DNA of 64,000 nt from Thiotrichaceae bacterium (GTDB taxonomy: Bacteria > Pseudomonadota > Gammaproteobacteria > Thiotrichales > Thiotrichaceae): contig JALSJU010000123.1 in the NCBI GenBank assembly GCA_026989145.1, forward strand, positions 42,778 through 106,777. Reading direction: 5' to 3'. The number at the start of each line of letters is the position of its first letter. The stretch's first letter is position 1. A program made the position numbers and the translations under genes. Below the pieces are notes generated by a model, which worked only from the letters and a program-made list of their open reading frames with translations, was not told the origin of the DNA and searched no databases. This document shows positions 1-8,594 of this stretch, piece by piece.

Positions 1-126
1 CGTATTTCTGGTTTAGCAAAGACAAACATTGGTCGTGTAAAAGTGAAGATTGACAACATCGAAGACCAGCTAGAAGTTAGCCGTCGTCATGTTGCTGAAA
101 TTCGCCGCTTTGTCCGTAATCGGTAA
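1..126 (+). CDS. algR: 3' end of a LytTR-family response regulator (AlgR-like), partial
   Basis: Frame 1 reads RISGLAKTNIGRVKVKIDNIEDQLEVSRRHVAEIRRFVRNR*; LEVSRRH is the typical LytTR/AlgR C-terminus. Start lies outside the window. Confidence 0.65.
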   Translation, partial: RISGLAKTNIGRVKVKIDNIEDQLEVSRRHVAEIRRFVRNR

Positions 127-232
127 TTTAGCGAGCTTACCATTTGGTTTTTTTCAAATGGATAACTCGACAGCTAGCGCTTAATAATTGAGTAGTCCAT
201 TCAAAAAACTGAATGGATAGCTCACTAAATTA
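125..232. repeat. Nested palindromic intergenic element (REP-doublet/MITE-like)
   Basis: Outer inverted repeat TAATTTAGCGAGCT / AGCTCACTAAATTA encloses two related hairpins (ACCATTTG..CAAATGG and TCCATTCA..TGAATGGA). Confidence 0.55.
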
Positions 233-314
233 TGTCGGCGTCTTTTTGCCGACGTTGTGCGACTCAGAATCTGCACAGCAGATGGTGAACTCGATAGTAA
301 AAAGTAATAAACCA

Positions 315-342
315 AAAAGCCTCTCATACGAGAGGCTTTTTA
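315..342. terminator. Intrinsic terminator, probably bidirectional
   Basis: AAAAAGCCTCTC-ATAC-GAGAGGCTTTTT between convergent genes. Confidence 0.8.
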
Positions 343-359
343 TTTTGTAAAATATAATT

Positions 360-1064
360 TCAGTTATAAGCAATTTCTTCCAACCTAGAAATATCACACT
401 GATATTCACTTGATGTTACCTTCACAATGAAATGTTGACGTTTAAATTCAGCAATCATACGACTCGCAGTTTCAGTTGTAATTCCTAACATTGCGCCCAT
501 ATCTTCTCGGCTAAACAAAGCAAAAGAGTTTCCTACTTTGCCTTTTGATAACATAATCAATAATCGCGCTACGCGTTGTTTTGAGGTGCCTGTCGAGAAT
601 TCAGTTACCCAAGCGTCGGCTTCATCTAAAGCGCTTTGCCAGCGTTTCATCAACTCTAAATGCAGCTCTGGGTTGGTATGGCTCAATGCTTCTGCGGCAC
701 TGTCTGGATAGCGGCAAACTTCCGCATTTTGCAAAACGATAGCATCGTGCTTATACGTGGGGTCTAAGGTAGCCTCAAGCCCAACTACATCCGCTGTGCG
801 CAAGAGCCTTACGATACGCTGCGTACCATCAGGAAGATACTGCACTAATTTCACTAAGCCACTGCGGATCGTGTACATATATTCTGCTGACTCACCCGCG
901 CTATAAATAACTGAACCCGCCTTTAACTCAAACTGGTCAATAGGTTTATGTAGTACTTCAAAATCAGCTTCACTCAAGCCCGCAAACAATACCGAATTAC
1001 GAATGGCACACAAACTACAGTTAGCGTGCCCTTGCCATGCATCTCTTTGCGTGATGTGATTCAT
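360..1064 (-). CDS. Crp/Fnr-family transcriptional regulator
   Basis: N-terminal CxxC, cNMP-binding-like core (YTIRSGLVKL..GLE), C-terminal HTH SREDMGAMLGITTETASR. Confidence 0.9.
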   Translation of the reverse strand: MNHITQRDAWQGHANCSLCAIRNSVLFAGLSEADFEVLHKPIDQFELKAGSVIYSAGESAEYMYTIRSGLVKLVQYLPDGTQRIVRLLRTADVVGLEATLDPTYKHDAIVLQNAEVCRYPDSAAEALSHTNPELHLELMKRWQSALDEADAWVTEFSTGTSKQRVARLLIMLSKGKVGNSFALFSREDMGAMLGITTETASRMIAEFKRQHFIVKVTSSEYQCDISRLEEIAYN

Positions 1065-1350
1065 TGGTTAACCCTATGTTAATGCGACTTTAGTCTGTAG
1101 ATTACAGGAAGTAATAAAAATAGCTAACAGTAAAATAACACTTTAGCTGTCTTCCTCTAAAATCTCTTTAAAATAAAAAACAATACTTTGTGAAACTTTT
1201 TTAAGTCTAACCAGTCTGATTAATTGTAACAAGGCTTTGCCTTGTTATGTTGGTGCTGGTGGGTTGCGGTTGATACACTTCAGCTGCGCATATCTTCTCC
1301 CCGTGGCCTAGCAGCACCTCTATATTTTCCAAAAAAAGAGAAACAGTGGT

Positions 1351-3456
1351 TTAAAATGACCCACTTGACTCAGAAAACTTACCTTTCTTTATTTTATTTA
1401 ATAAATCCCTTAAGACTGTAATACTATTCTTTTCAGAGGTAGTCTCAGCGGGACTAGGGTTGTAACACAGCTGTGAATAATATTGTGTAAAGACTTCGAT
1501 GTCTTTAGCCAAACTTGGCAACTGAGAAGCGGCATATTGACTAAACTCTGTTGGGCTTTGTGAAAGCTTCTTGTTAACACCATACTTTTCAAGGTGTTGA
1601 CAAAATTTTCGGTAAAGTTGATGCTCCTCAGCTTCTCTTTGGGGCTTTCGTCCCAGCCCAAGTAGTAATGACCATAGCATGATAATCCCAATAAAAAAGC
1701 CACTAACAATCATAGCAATTTTTTGTAAGCTCAACTCTCCAAAAACACGTTTTAAGAAGGCTGATTGACTGTTTCTGTCATAGCCAAGAACAAAACGTCG
1801 CCATGCATATTGCGCCGAATCCATTTTACTTTGCAATTTATTAAGCCATGAATATTTCTTCATTGAGAAGATTTTATTTTCTAAGAAGCCGCCCTCTGGA
1901 CCAACAGCAAGCTCAAGATTTTTCTCAATACGGCTTGGAGCAACCATCGCAGTAGGATCAAACCTTACCCATCCCTTCCCTTTAAGCCAAACTTCTGTCC
2001 AGGCATGTGCGTCGTATTGGTGTACGGACAAAAACTGACCTTGTTCGTTCCACTTTCCACCTTGATACCCAGTAACGACGCGCGCAGGAATACCCGCCTC
2101 ACGCATCATAAAAACAAAACTACCTGCATAGTGAGCACAAAAACCTTTTTTGTTATTAATTAAAAATTCATCAATGGTATTGAAATCCCCAAGCAGCCCA
2201 GGGCGTAGTGTATAGTAATAATTCTGCTGTTTGAAACGGCTCATCACCCTAGTGATGTAGTCCATTTTTGTTGAAGATTGTAATAATAACCGTTTTACTA
2301 AATTGCGTGTTTGTGGGTTCCCCCCTTTCGGAAGTTGTAAGGAACGTTGACGTGTCTTTTCGTCAAGGTATTCATCCCGTATTGCATCGGGGTAGCTAGT
2401 AAGGCTGAGCATCTTAGGTTCTAGAAGATCTGCTCTTGCCATCAGAGTATAATCACTACCATAAAGTGCATCACCTTTAATATTCACCACTGGAGTTAAT
2501 GCAAACAACCAGGGTTGAGCAGTTTTTTCATAAATAATCTCATACTCTCTGCCATAACCTTTTTTAACTAGACGATTCCTTATTGCTTGCACATCGGTAC
2601 GTAGCTTTCTTTTTATTGTTTCTGGTTCAAATGATTCACTAGACTGAGTCCAGGTTTTTCCATCAAAATGCTGCATCACTATTCCACGCCAATAAAGTTC
2701 GTTTTGTTGTGGTCTTTCACCCATAAATTTAACCGTAAACGCTAGCCCATCAGATTGACTCAAGTTTGCAATATCACCAGGTGTCATACTGTCTGAAATA
2801 CCCGTTTTAGCATGTCCACCGCCTGATAGTGCTACGCTCCAAAGTGGTGCGAAGCGTGGCACAACAATAAAGAACATCAACATCAATGGTAAACAGAGTA
2901 ACAGCATTAATGTTGATAACTTAAGGTTGGGAATAATTCTATTTAATAATGCTCGTGTACTCTTGTGACTATTATCGATTTGAATAGCGCCATCGTGCTG
3001 AAGCGCAATTAAAGCCCCCGTTAGGATCATTAATGCAAATGCGCCATATAATGCGACCAGCATAGATTGAGAATAAATAAACAGTACCCCGATTAATAGA
3101 AAACCGGTAAGAATAACGACAAGCGCATCGCGCTTCTCAACAACTTCTAGCGCTTTATAGGCAAAACCCAGCATAAGTAGCGAGGCCATCATATCCAGTG
3201 AAACCATTGGCATACCGCTAAAAAATAAACCGGCTATCCCCACTCCTGCAATAATCGTTTTAAGTATTTTTTGGGGCTGCTCTTGGTGACCTTGCATAAC
3301 ACGCATTCGCCAACCCGCTGAAAACAGTAATACTGGAAAAATCCAAATCGGCAGATAAAACAATAACGGCGCCATAACCACTAGTTGTGCCACTAACAAC
3401 CACATCATTGCTGAATAGGTAATATTAAAATTTGTGGTAAAACCTTTATTAAACAT
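1351..3456 (-). CDS. TgpA-like transglutaminase-domain membrane protein (DUF3488 + transglutaminase)
   Basis: N-terminal TM helices, GFCAHYA catalytic Cys, HAWTEVW and WVRFDPT motifs. Start placed at the ATG just after the DUF58 stop; ORF track begins at 3498. Confidence 0.88.
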   Translation of the reverse strand: MFNKGFTTNFNITYSAMMWLLVAQLVVMAPLLFYLPIWIFPVLLFSAGWRMRVMQGHQEQPQKILKTIIAGVGIAGLFFSGMPMVSLDMMASLLMLGFAYKALEVVEKRDALVVILTGFLLIGVLFIYSQSMLVALYGAFALMILTGALIALQHDGAIQIDNSHKSTRALLNRIIPNLKLSTLMLLLCLPLMLMFFIVVPRFAPLWSVALSGGGHAKTGISDSMTPGDIANLSQSDGLAFTVKFMGERPQQNELYWRGIVMQHFDGKTWTQSSESFEPETIKRKLRTDVQAIRNRLVKKGYGREYEIIYEKTAQPWLFALTPVVNIKGDALYGSDYTLMARADLLEPKMLSLTSYPDAIRDEYLDEKTRQRSLQLPKGGNPQTRNLVKRLLLQSSTKMDYITRVMSRFKQQNYYYTLRPGLLGDFNTIDEFLINNKKGFCAHYAGSFVFMMREAGIPARVVTGYQGGKWNEQGQFLSVHQYDAHAWTEVWLKGKGWVRFDPTAMVAPSRIEKNLELAVGPEGGFLENKIFSMKKYSWLNKLQSKMDSAQYAWRRFVLGYDRNSQSAFLKRVFGELSLQKIAMIVSGFFIGIIMLWSLLLGLGRKPQREAEEHQLYRKFCQHLEKYGVNKKLSQSPTEFSQYAASQLPSLAKDIEVFTQYYSQLCYNPSPAETTSEKNSITVLRDLLNKIKKGKFSESSGSF

Positions 3457-3461
3457 AACTG

Positions 3462-4439
3462 TTATGGCCGACCGTATAACGCTAAAGCAGTTAAACAAAT
3501 GGTTTTATGCGCCTCACCTGCAGCAGGTTGAATGATTTTTCCTGGAATCTTTAATCCAAAAACTTGTTGCTCTTGATGATACTGTAATACCTTGGCGCTA
3601 AGATGCGAGAGCTTTGCTTCAACCCCCGCTATCTCAACGGAGTCCCAGTCTAACCAGCGCTCTTGGTTGGCATAATCAACAAATGTTTTAGTATAAGCTT
3701 GACCTGTTTTTGCATATGCGCCCCAGTGAATATGCTTGGGCGAATCACCTGCTTGGTATTCTCGTATTCCTGAAAAATCGGTAGAGCCTCGGGCGATTTC
3801 ATTCCCAGCGTCTGCATCATCGCTTTTACCTTGCTGATTTGGAGATGTGTCTTGCAATATAGGTTTGGGGTAAACAACACTTTCCATATCAAGCCTGGCA
3901 TAAGACCATGCGATCACTAAACCTACAGGGTAGGTGGTAAAAAGATTGATTTTATCAGGCTTAAGCAGCCCCCTTTTATGAGTACTATGGGAGAGCTTTA
4001 TTCTCATCGTCTGATGATTTTGTAAAGTAGCTTGTGCGACATCTTGATCTTTCCAGCCTACGAAAATGGCCGATTTTTTTTGATTATCTGGACAACTAAG
4101 CTCAATCTCAAAGACTGCTTTTTCACCAGCAAAACAGGCGTTAGAATGAATCGCTCTAAGAGTGACACCAGCAAGATTACGATAAGTAAAAAAGATAGAA
4201 ATTACAATTAATGCAAGTAACCAAAAGGTTAACGCATAGATAAGCGAGTTTTGAAAATTAATCGCCATTAAAAAAAGCACACCAAGAGTCACTAATAACC
4301 CTAGGCTCACCTTGGTTGGTATCACAAAAATACGTCTAATATTTAAGGTGATATGCTTAGATTCGGGAAAACGATCTTCCATCCAGTCTAACCATCCATT
4401 TTGTAATACTTTAAACAGGGGCACGATTACCCACAGCAT
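3462..4439 (-). CDS. DUF58 domain protein
   Basis: DFSGIREYQAGDSPKHIHW motif; sits between MoxR and transglutaminase genes, the usual trio. Exact start uncertain. Confidence 0.88.
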   Translation of the reverse strand: MLWVIVPLFKVLQNGWLDWMEDRFPESKHITLNIRRIFVIPTKVSLGLLVTLGVLFLMAINFQNSLIYALTFWLLALIVISIFFTYRNLAGVTLRAIHSNACFAGEKAVFEIELSCPDNQKKSAIFVGWKDQDVAQATLQNHQTMRIKLSHSTHKRGLLKPDKINLFTTYPVGLVIAWSYARLDMESVVYPKPILQDTSPNQQGKSDDADAGNEIARGSTDFSGIREYQAGDSPKHIHWGAYAKTGQAYTKTFVDYANQERWLDWDSVEIAGVEAKLSHLSAKVLQYHQEQQVFGLKIPGKIIQPAAGEAHKTICLTALALYGRP

Positions 4440-5349
4440 CTACCGAATGCAAAATATGCCTTGCAAGTTGATCACCTTGTGTTTCTTTTTTACCCACAAT
4501 ACGATGACCAGCAACCGCAACAAAGACAGCTTGCACATCCTCCGGCATAACATGTGACCTTCCTTGAAGCAGCGCCCAGCATTGTGCGCTGGTAACTAAC
4601 GCAATAGCACCACGAGGTGACAAACCTAACTGGCATAACTCATCTTGGCGGGTTTGTGCAATCAAACGTTGTACATAGTCCAACAAGGTATCAGATACTT
4701 TAATCTGTGGAATTAAGCGCTGAATTTGTTGCAAGCTTTCAGTATTAAGAATTTGTTGAACATTATTCAACGCGGATCGACCTTGTCCGCCTTTCAGTAA
4801 CGCTCTTTCAACACTGGGATCAGGATACCCTAGTGATAAACGAAACATAAAGCGGTCTAACTGCGATTCTGGTAAAGGAAACGTACCCGATTGGCTTTGC
4901 GGGTTCTGAGTCGCTATAACAAAAAAAGGCTGAGGAAGAACATGCGTTTCACCATCAACGCTCACCTGACCCTCTTCCATAGCTTCTAATAACGCACTTT
5001 GCGCTTTTGGTGTAGCGCGATTTAATTCGTCAGCCAAAAATATCGAGCTGAAAATAGGCCCTCGGTGAAAACTAAAGGTAGAGGCAGTAGCATCAAACAC
5101 CGATGCTCCAATTAAATCAGCGGGAAGTAAATCACTGGTGAATTGTATACGCTTGTAATCAAGTCCAAGAACCTTAGACAAAGCATGCGCTAAGGTCGTT
5201 TTCCCCATTCCAGGTAGGTCTTCTAGCAGCAAATGTCCACTCGCAAGAATACACGTTAGTGCTAAACGTACTTGTTGCTCCTTACCAAGAATAATATTGT
5301 TCAATTCATTGAGGCTTGCCTCAATCTCTTGCAAAAGTCGTGTTGCCAA
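4411..5349 (-). CDS. MoxR-family AAA+ ATPase
   Basis: LLEDLPGMGKT Walker A, RIQFTSDLLPAD, ADELNRATPKAQSALLEAMEE, FPLPESQLDRF. Confidence 0.95.
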   Translation of the reverse strand: MATRLLQEIEASLNELNNIILGKEQQVRLALTCILASGHLLLEDLPGMGKTTLAHALSKVLGLDYKRIQFTSDLLPADLIGASVFDATASTFSFHRGPIFSSIFLADELNRATPKAQSALLEAMEEGQVSVDGETHVLPQPFFVIATQNPQSQSGTFPLPESQLDRFMFRLSLGYPDPSVERALLKGGQGRSALNNVQQILNTESLQQIQRLIPQIKVSDTLLDYVQRLIAQTRQDELCQLGLSPRGAIALVTSAQCWALLQGRSHVMPEDVQAVFVAVAGHRIVGKKETQGDQLARHILHSVDAVGNRAPV

Positions 5350-5377
5350 TTAATACACCTTAATTTCTATTTAGAGT

Positions 5378-5430
5378 GAGATGTTTGCACGAGTCATTTT
5401 TTACTTGTCATCCGAGTCGTGCAAGGTCTC
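5378..5430. mobile_element. Internally deleted MITE-like element (two joined ends)
   Basis: GAGATGTTTGCACGAGTC...GAGTCGTGCAAGGTCTC; the ends match those of elements at 6481-6638 and 52122-52282. Confidence 0.55.
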
Positions 5431-5649
5431 AGGGTATTAGTTATACGGTAGATCGGCTGTACAATGGCTGAATAATTTATCCTTAAGGAATATTGCAATA
5501 ACCACTTATCAGATAAATTTGTGCGTTTATTAATCTTAGCTTAATATCTTTCTCATGATTAGCACCTATCAAGAAACAACCGTTAATCTAATGCGTAGTC
5601 AACCTATGCATACCTTTAACCCCTAAATTAAAATAAAAAGGAAATAACA

Positions 5650-6138
5650 ATGAAATTAACACAAACTCTAACTGCGTCTGCTCTTCTACTTGCAACCAGT
5701 ACTGCTGTAATGGCTGCATCTGACTCTACAGACATCACAATCAATGTTACAAAAGATGCTTACGTTAACCTATTAGGTTCGCTAAACTCAAATATCACAA
5801 AAACATTATCATTAGCTGAAGTTAATGGCACAACAACGACTTTAGGTGACTTAGGTGCTGAGTCAAATACTGTTGCTGGTTGTAACGTGTCTTTCTCATC
5901 ACTTAATGACTTTAAATTAGTACATGACGTTGATGCTACAAAATTCTTACATGGTGCAGCACAATACACTGTAGATTGGGCGGGTGCTTCAATTGCTTCA
6001 GGCGCAGCAAACACGGTAGCACTTGCAGACTGTAATACAGCTGCGAGTGATATGACGATGACTTCTCCCAACTTACCTGCTGTTGTACAGGCTGGTACTT
6101 ATTCTGATAAGTTAACAGTAACAATTGTTACTCAGTAA
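5650..6138 (+). CDS. Secreted Csu/spore-coat-U-like fimbrial major subunit
   Basis: Signal peptide MKLTQTLTASALLLATSTAVMA, two Cys, C-terminal AGTYSDKLTVTI beta-strand typical of Csu-type pilins. Confidence 0.6.
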   Translation: MKLTQTLTASALLLATSTAVMAASDSTDITINVTKDAYVNLLGSLNSNITKTLSLAEVNGTTTTLGDLGAESNTVAGCNVSFSSLNDFKLVHDVDATKFLHGAAQYTVDWAGASIASGAANTVALADCNTAASDMTMTSPNLPAVVQAGTYSDKLTVTIVTQ

Positions 6139-6177
6139 GTTATAAGTAAATAATTCGTCTAGTTTTGACGAATATAT

Positions 6178-6206
6178 AAACCAGCAGTGTCTCTACTGCT
6201 GGTTTT
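6178..6206 (+). terminator. Intrinsic terminator after pilin-like gene
   Basis: AAACCAGCAGT-GTCTCT-ACTGCTGGTTTT. Confidence 0.75.
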
Positions 6207-6480
6207 GTTGTTTTAATAACCTTCTATTATTCACCCTAAATTTGTTTTTTTAACATAACCTCTATAAAAATAATTTAGTTAGCCTCTATCTTCACTATGA
6301 AGAACTTAATTTCTATCTCTATAAATTAAGAATAGAGTAAAACCATCTCCCCCCCTTGATTGAGAATGGTTACTCCCTCACAAATAACACCACGAAATTA
6401 ATGCCTGTAAGCTCGACCCTATTATTAACTAGCCCAGCTTAGCCAATTTTCAACCTCTTCGTTATTTATTTTTACATAGA

Positions 6481-6638
6481 AAGGCCTTTGCACGAGTCGG
6501 TGGCGCAAGAAATACGGGTGAAATTCCACTTATTGAGGCGGGAAATGAAGCCGATAGTAGGTTATTAGCAAGTTTACAACGAAAAATCAAATGGACTTCA
6601 GTCATATTTGCTCGTCGTCCGAGTCATGCAAAAGTTTC
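6481..6638. mobile_element. ~160 bp MITE-like element
   Basis: Imperfect terminal inverted repeats (CCTTTGCACGAGTCGG / CCGAGTCATGCAAAAG); internal similarity to 52122-52282 (ATTGAGGCGG..AA.GAAGC..ATA..TATTAG..CAACGAAAA). Confidence 0.65.
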
Positions 6639-6704
6639 AGAATAGCAATGCATAAAAAAGGCCACCAAATGATGACCTTTAATCAAACTACTAAGTACTT
6701 CTGA

Positions 6705-8012
6705 TTACTTATTAGTGAACTCTGGATATGCTTCCATACCACACTCACCAATATCAACACCTTCGTACTCTTCTTCTTCAGATACGCGAATACCCATAAT
6801 CATTTTGATGATAAACCAAACGATCAATGAGGCAAAGAATACCCAGATAAAGATTGTTGCGGCTCCTACTAGCTGACCAACAAATGTTGCGCCTGTATTA
6901 GTTAACGGTACAGCCATTAAGCCCCAAAAACCGACTACGCCATGTACCGAGATGGCTCCCACAGGATCATCTATTTTGATCTTATCAAAGAATAAAATAG
7001 AGAACACAACAATTAAACCACCAATACCACCAATAATTGTTGCCATTAGAGGTGTTGGAGTAGAAGGCTCTGCCGTTATTGCTACTAGGCCTGCTAAAGC
7101 ACCGTTTAGTGCCATGGTTAAATCAGCCTTACCGAACATTAAGCGTGCCACTAATAAAGCAACAATAGTACCACCTGCAGCTGCTGCATTCGTATTTAAA
7201 AATACCATTGCAACCGAGTTTGAATTAGCAATATCACCTAATTTAAGAACAGAACCACCATTAAATCCGAACCAGCCCATCCAAAGAATGAATGTACCGA
7301 GTGTTGCTAGAGGTAAGTTTGCACCTTGAATCGGATTAATTTTTCCATCAGCGCCGTATTTTCCTTTACGAGCACCAAGCAATAAAACGCCGGCTAATGC
7401 CGCTGCTGCACCTGCCATGTGAACAATACCAGAGCCTGCGAAGTCAGAAAAACCAAAGCCCATAAGACCTGCTTTTTCATCTGCATCACCTAGGTTAAAT
7501 AAACCAAATACTGATTTCCCTCCCCAAGTCCATGCACCTTCCATTGGGTAGATGAATGCTGTCATGACAACCGCAAACAATAAAAATGCCCAAAGCTTCA
7601 TACGCTCAGCAACAGCGCCCGATACAATCGACATTGCTGTTGCTACGAATACTACTTGAAAGAAGAAGTCAGATGCATTGGAGTAAACAGCATCACCACC
7701 AAAACCAGCTTCAGTTGACTCTTTTAATACAGCAGCAACCATGCCGTCAGCATCCTTAGCGCCATCTAATGCGATATCTTTTAAGAAGATGCCACCGTCA
7801 TACATAATCTCATAACCAATCACAAGATACGCCGTACAAGCAATCGCATAAAGTGCGATATTTTTGGTTAAGATTTCTGTGGTACTTTTAGAGCGAACCA
7901 AGCCCGCTTCTAACATCGAGAAACCTGCCGCCATCCACATGACCAAAGCACCCATTACTAAAAAGTAAAAGGTATCCATGGCATATTGTAATTCTAATAT
8001 ATTGTTTTCCAT
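6705..8012 (-). CDS. amtB: Ammonium transporter
   Basis: WMAAGFSMLEAG, FFFQVVF, DFAGSGIVH, WMGWFGFNGGS, DDPVGAISVH; downstream of a P-II gene. Confidence 0.97.
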   Translation of the reverse strand: MENNILELQYAMDTFYFLVMGALVMWMAAGFSMLEAGLVRSKSTTEILTKNIALYAIACTAYLVIGYEIMYDGGIFLKDIALDGAKDADGMVAAVLKESTEAGFGGDAVYSNASDFFFQVVFVATAMSIVSGAVAERMKLWAFLLFAVVMTAFIYPMEGAWTWGGKSVFGLFNLGDADEKAGLMGFGFSDFAGSGIVHMAGAAAALAGVLLLGARKGKYGADGKINPIQGANLPLATLGTFILWMGWFGFNGGSVLKLGDIANSNSVAMVFLNTNAAAAGGTIVALLVARLMFGKADLTMALNGALAGLVAITAEPSTPTPLMATIIGGIGGLIVVFSILFFDKIKIDDPVGAISVHGVVGFWGLMAVPLTNTGATFVGQLVGAATIFIWVFFASLIVWFIIKMIMGIRVSEEEEYEGVDIGECGMEAYPEFTNK

Positions 8013-8035
8013 TTTATTTTGCCTCCTAGTTTAGG

Positions 8036-8389
<354 letters not shown>

Positions 8390-8425
8390 TTAACTTCAAA
8401 TTAGCTTTATTGCTAATAGGCAGAA

Positions 8426-8442
8426 TGCAATTAACATACCAA
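8426..8442 (-). promoter_or_regulatory. sigma54 (-24/-12) promoter of glnK-amtB
   Basis: Minus strand TTGGTATGTTAATTGCA: GG-N10-GC spacing, about 50 bp upstream of the glnK ATG. Confidence 0.85.
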
Positions 8443-8556
8443 CTCTAAAGCAAGCAACTAAAAATTAATCTTAGGGCACTAAAGGGAGAAACAGATGCTA
8501 GTTATTATTGGCAAGCCTATTTGAGATGCGTAACAGAACCAATACCGAACATTGGC

Positions 8557-8571
8557 GCACCCATTTGGTGC
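8557..8571. promoter_or_regulatory. NtrC-type enhancer box
   Basis: GCAC-CCATTTG-GTGC (GCAC-N7-GTGC), about 115 bp upstream of the sigma54 promoter. Confidence 0.8.
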
Positions 8572-8594
8572 GCTGTTTAAATAAAAGGGTGTTG

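Noticed and set aside
1271-1284. FNR box upstream of the Crp/Fnr gene
   Set aside because: TTGAT-N4-TTCAG matches only one half-site well, which is too weak in AT-rich DNA.
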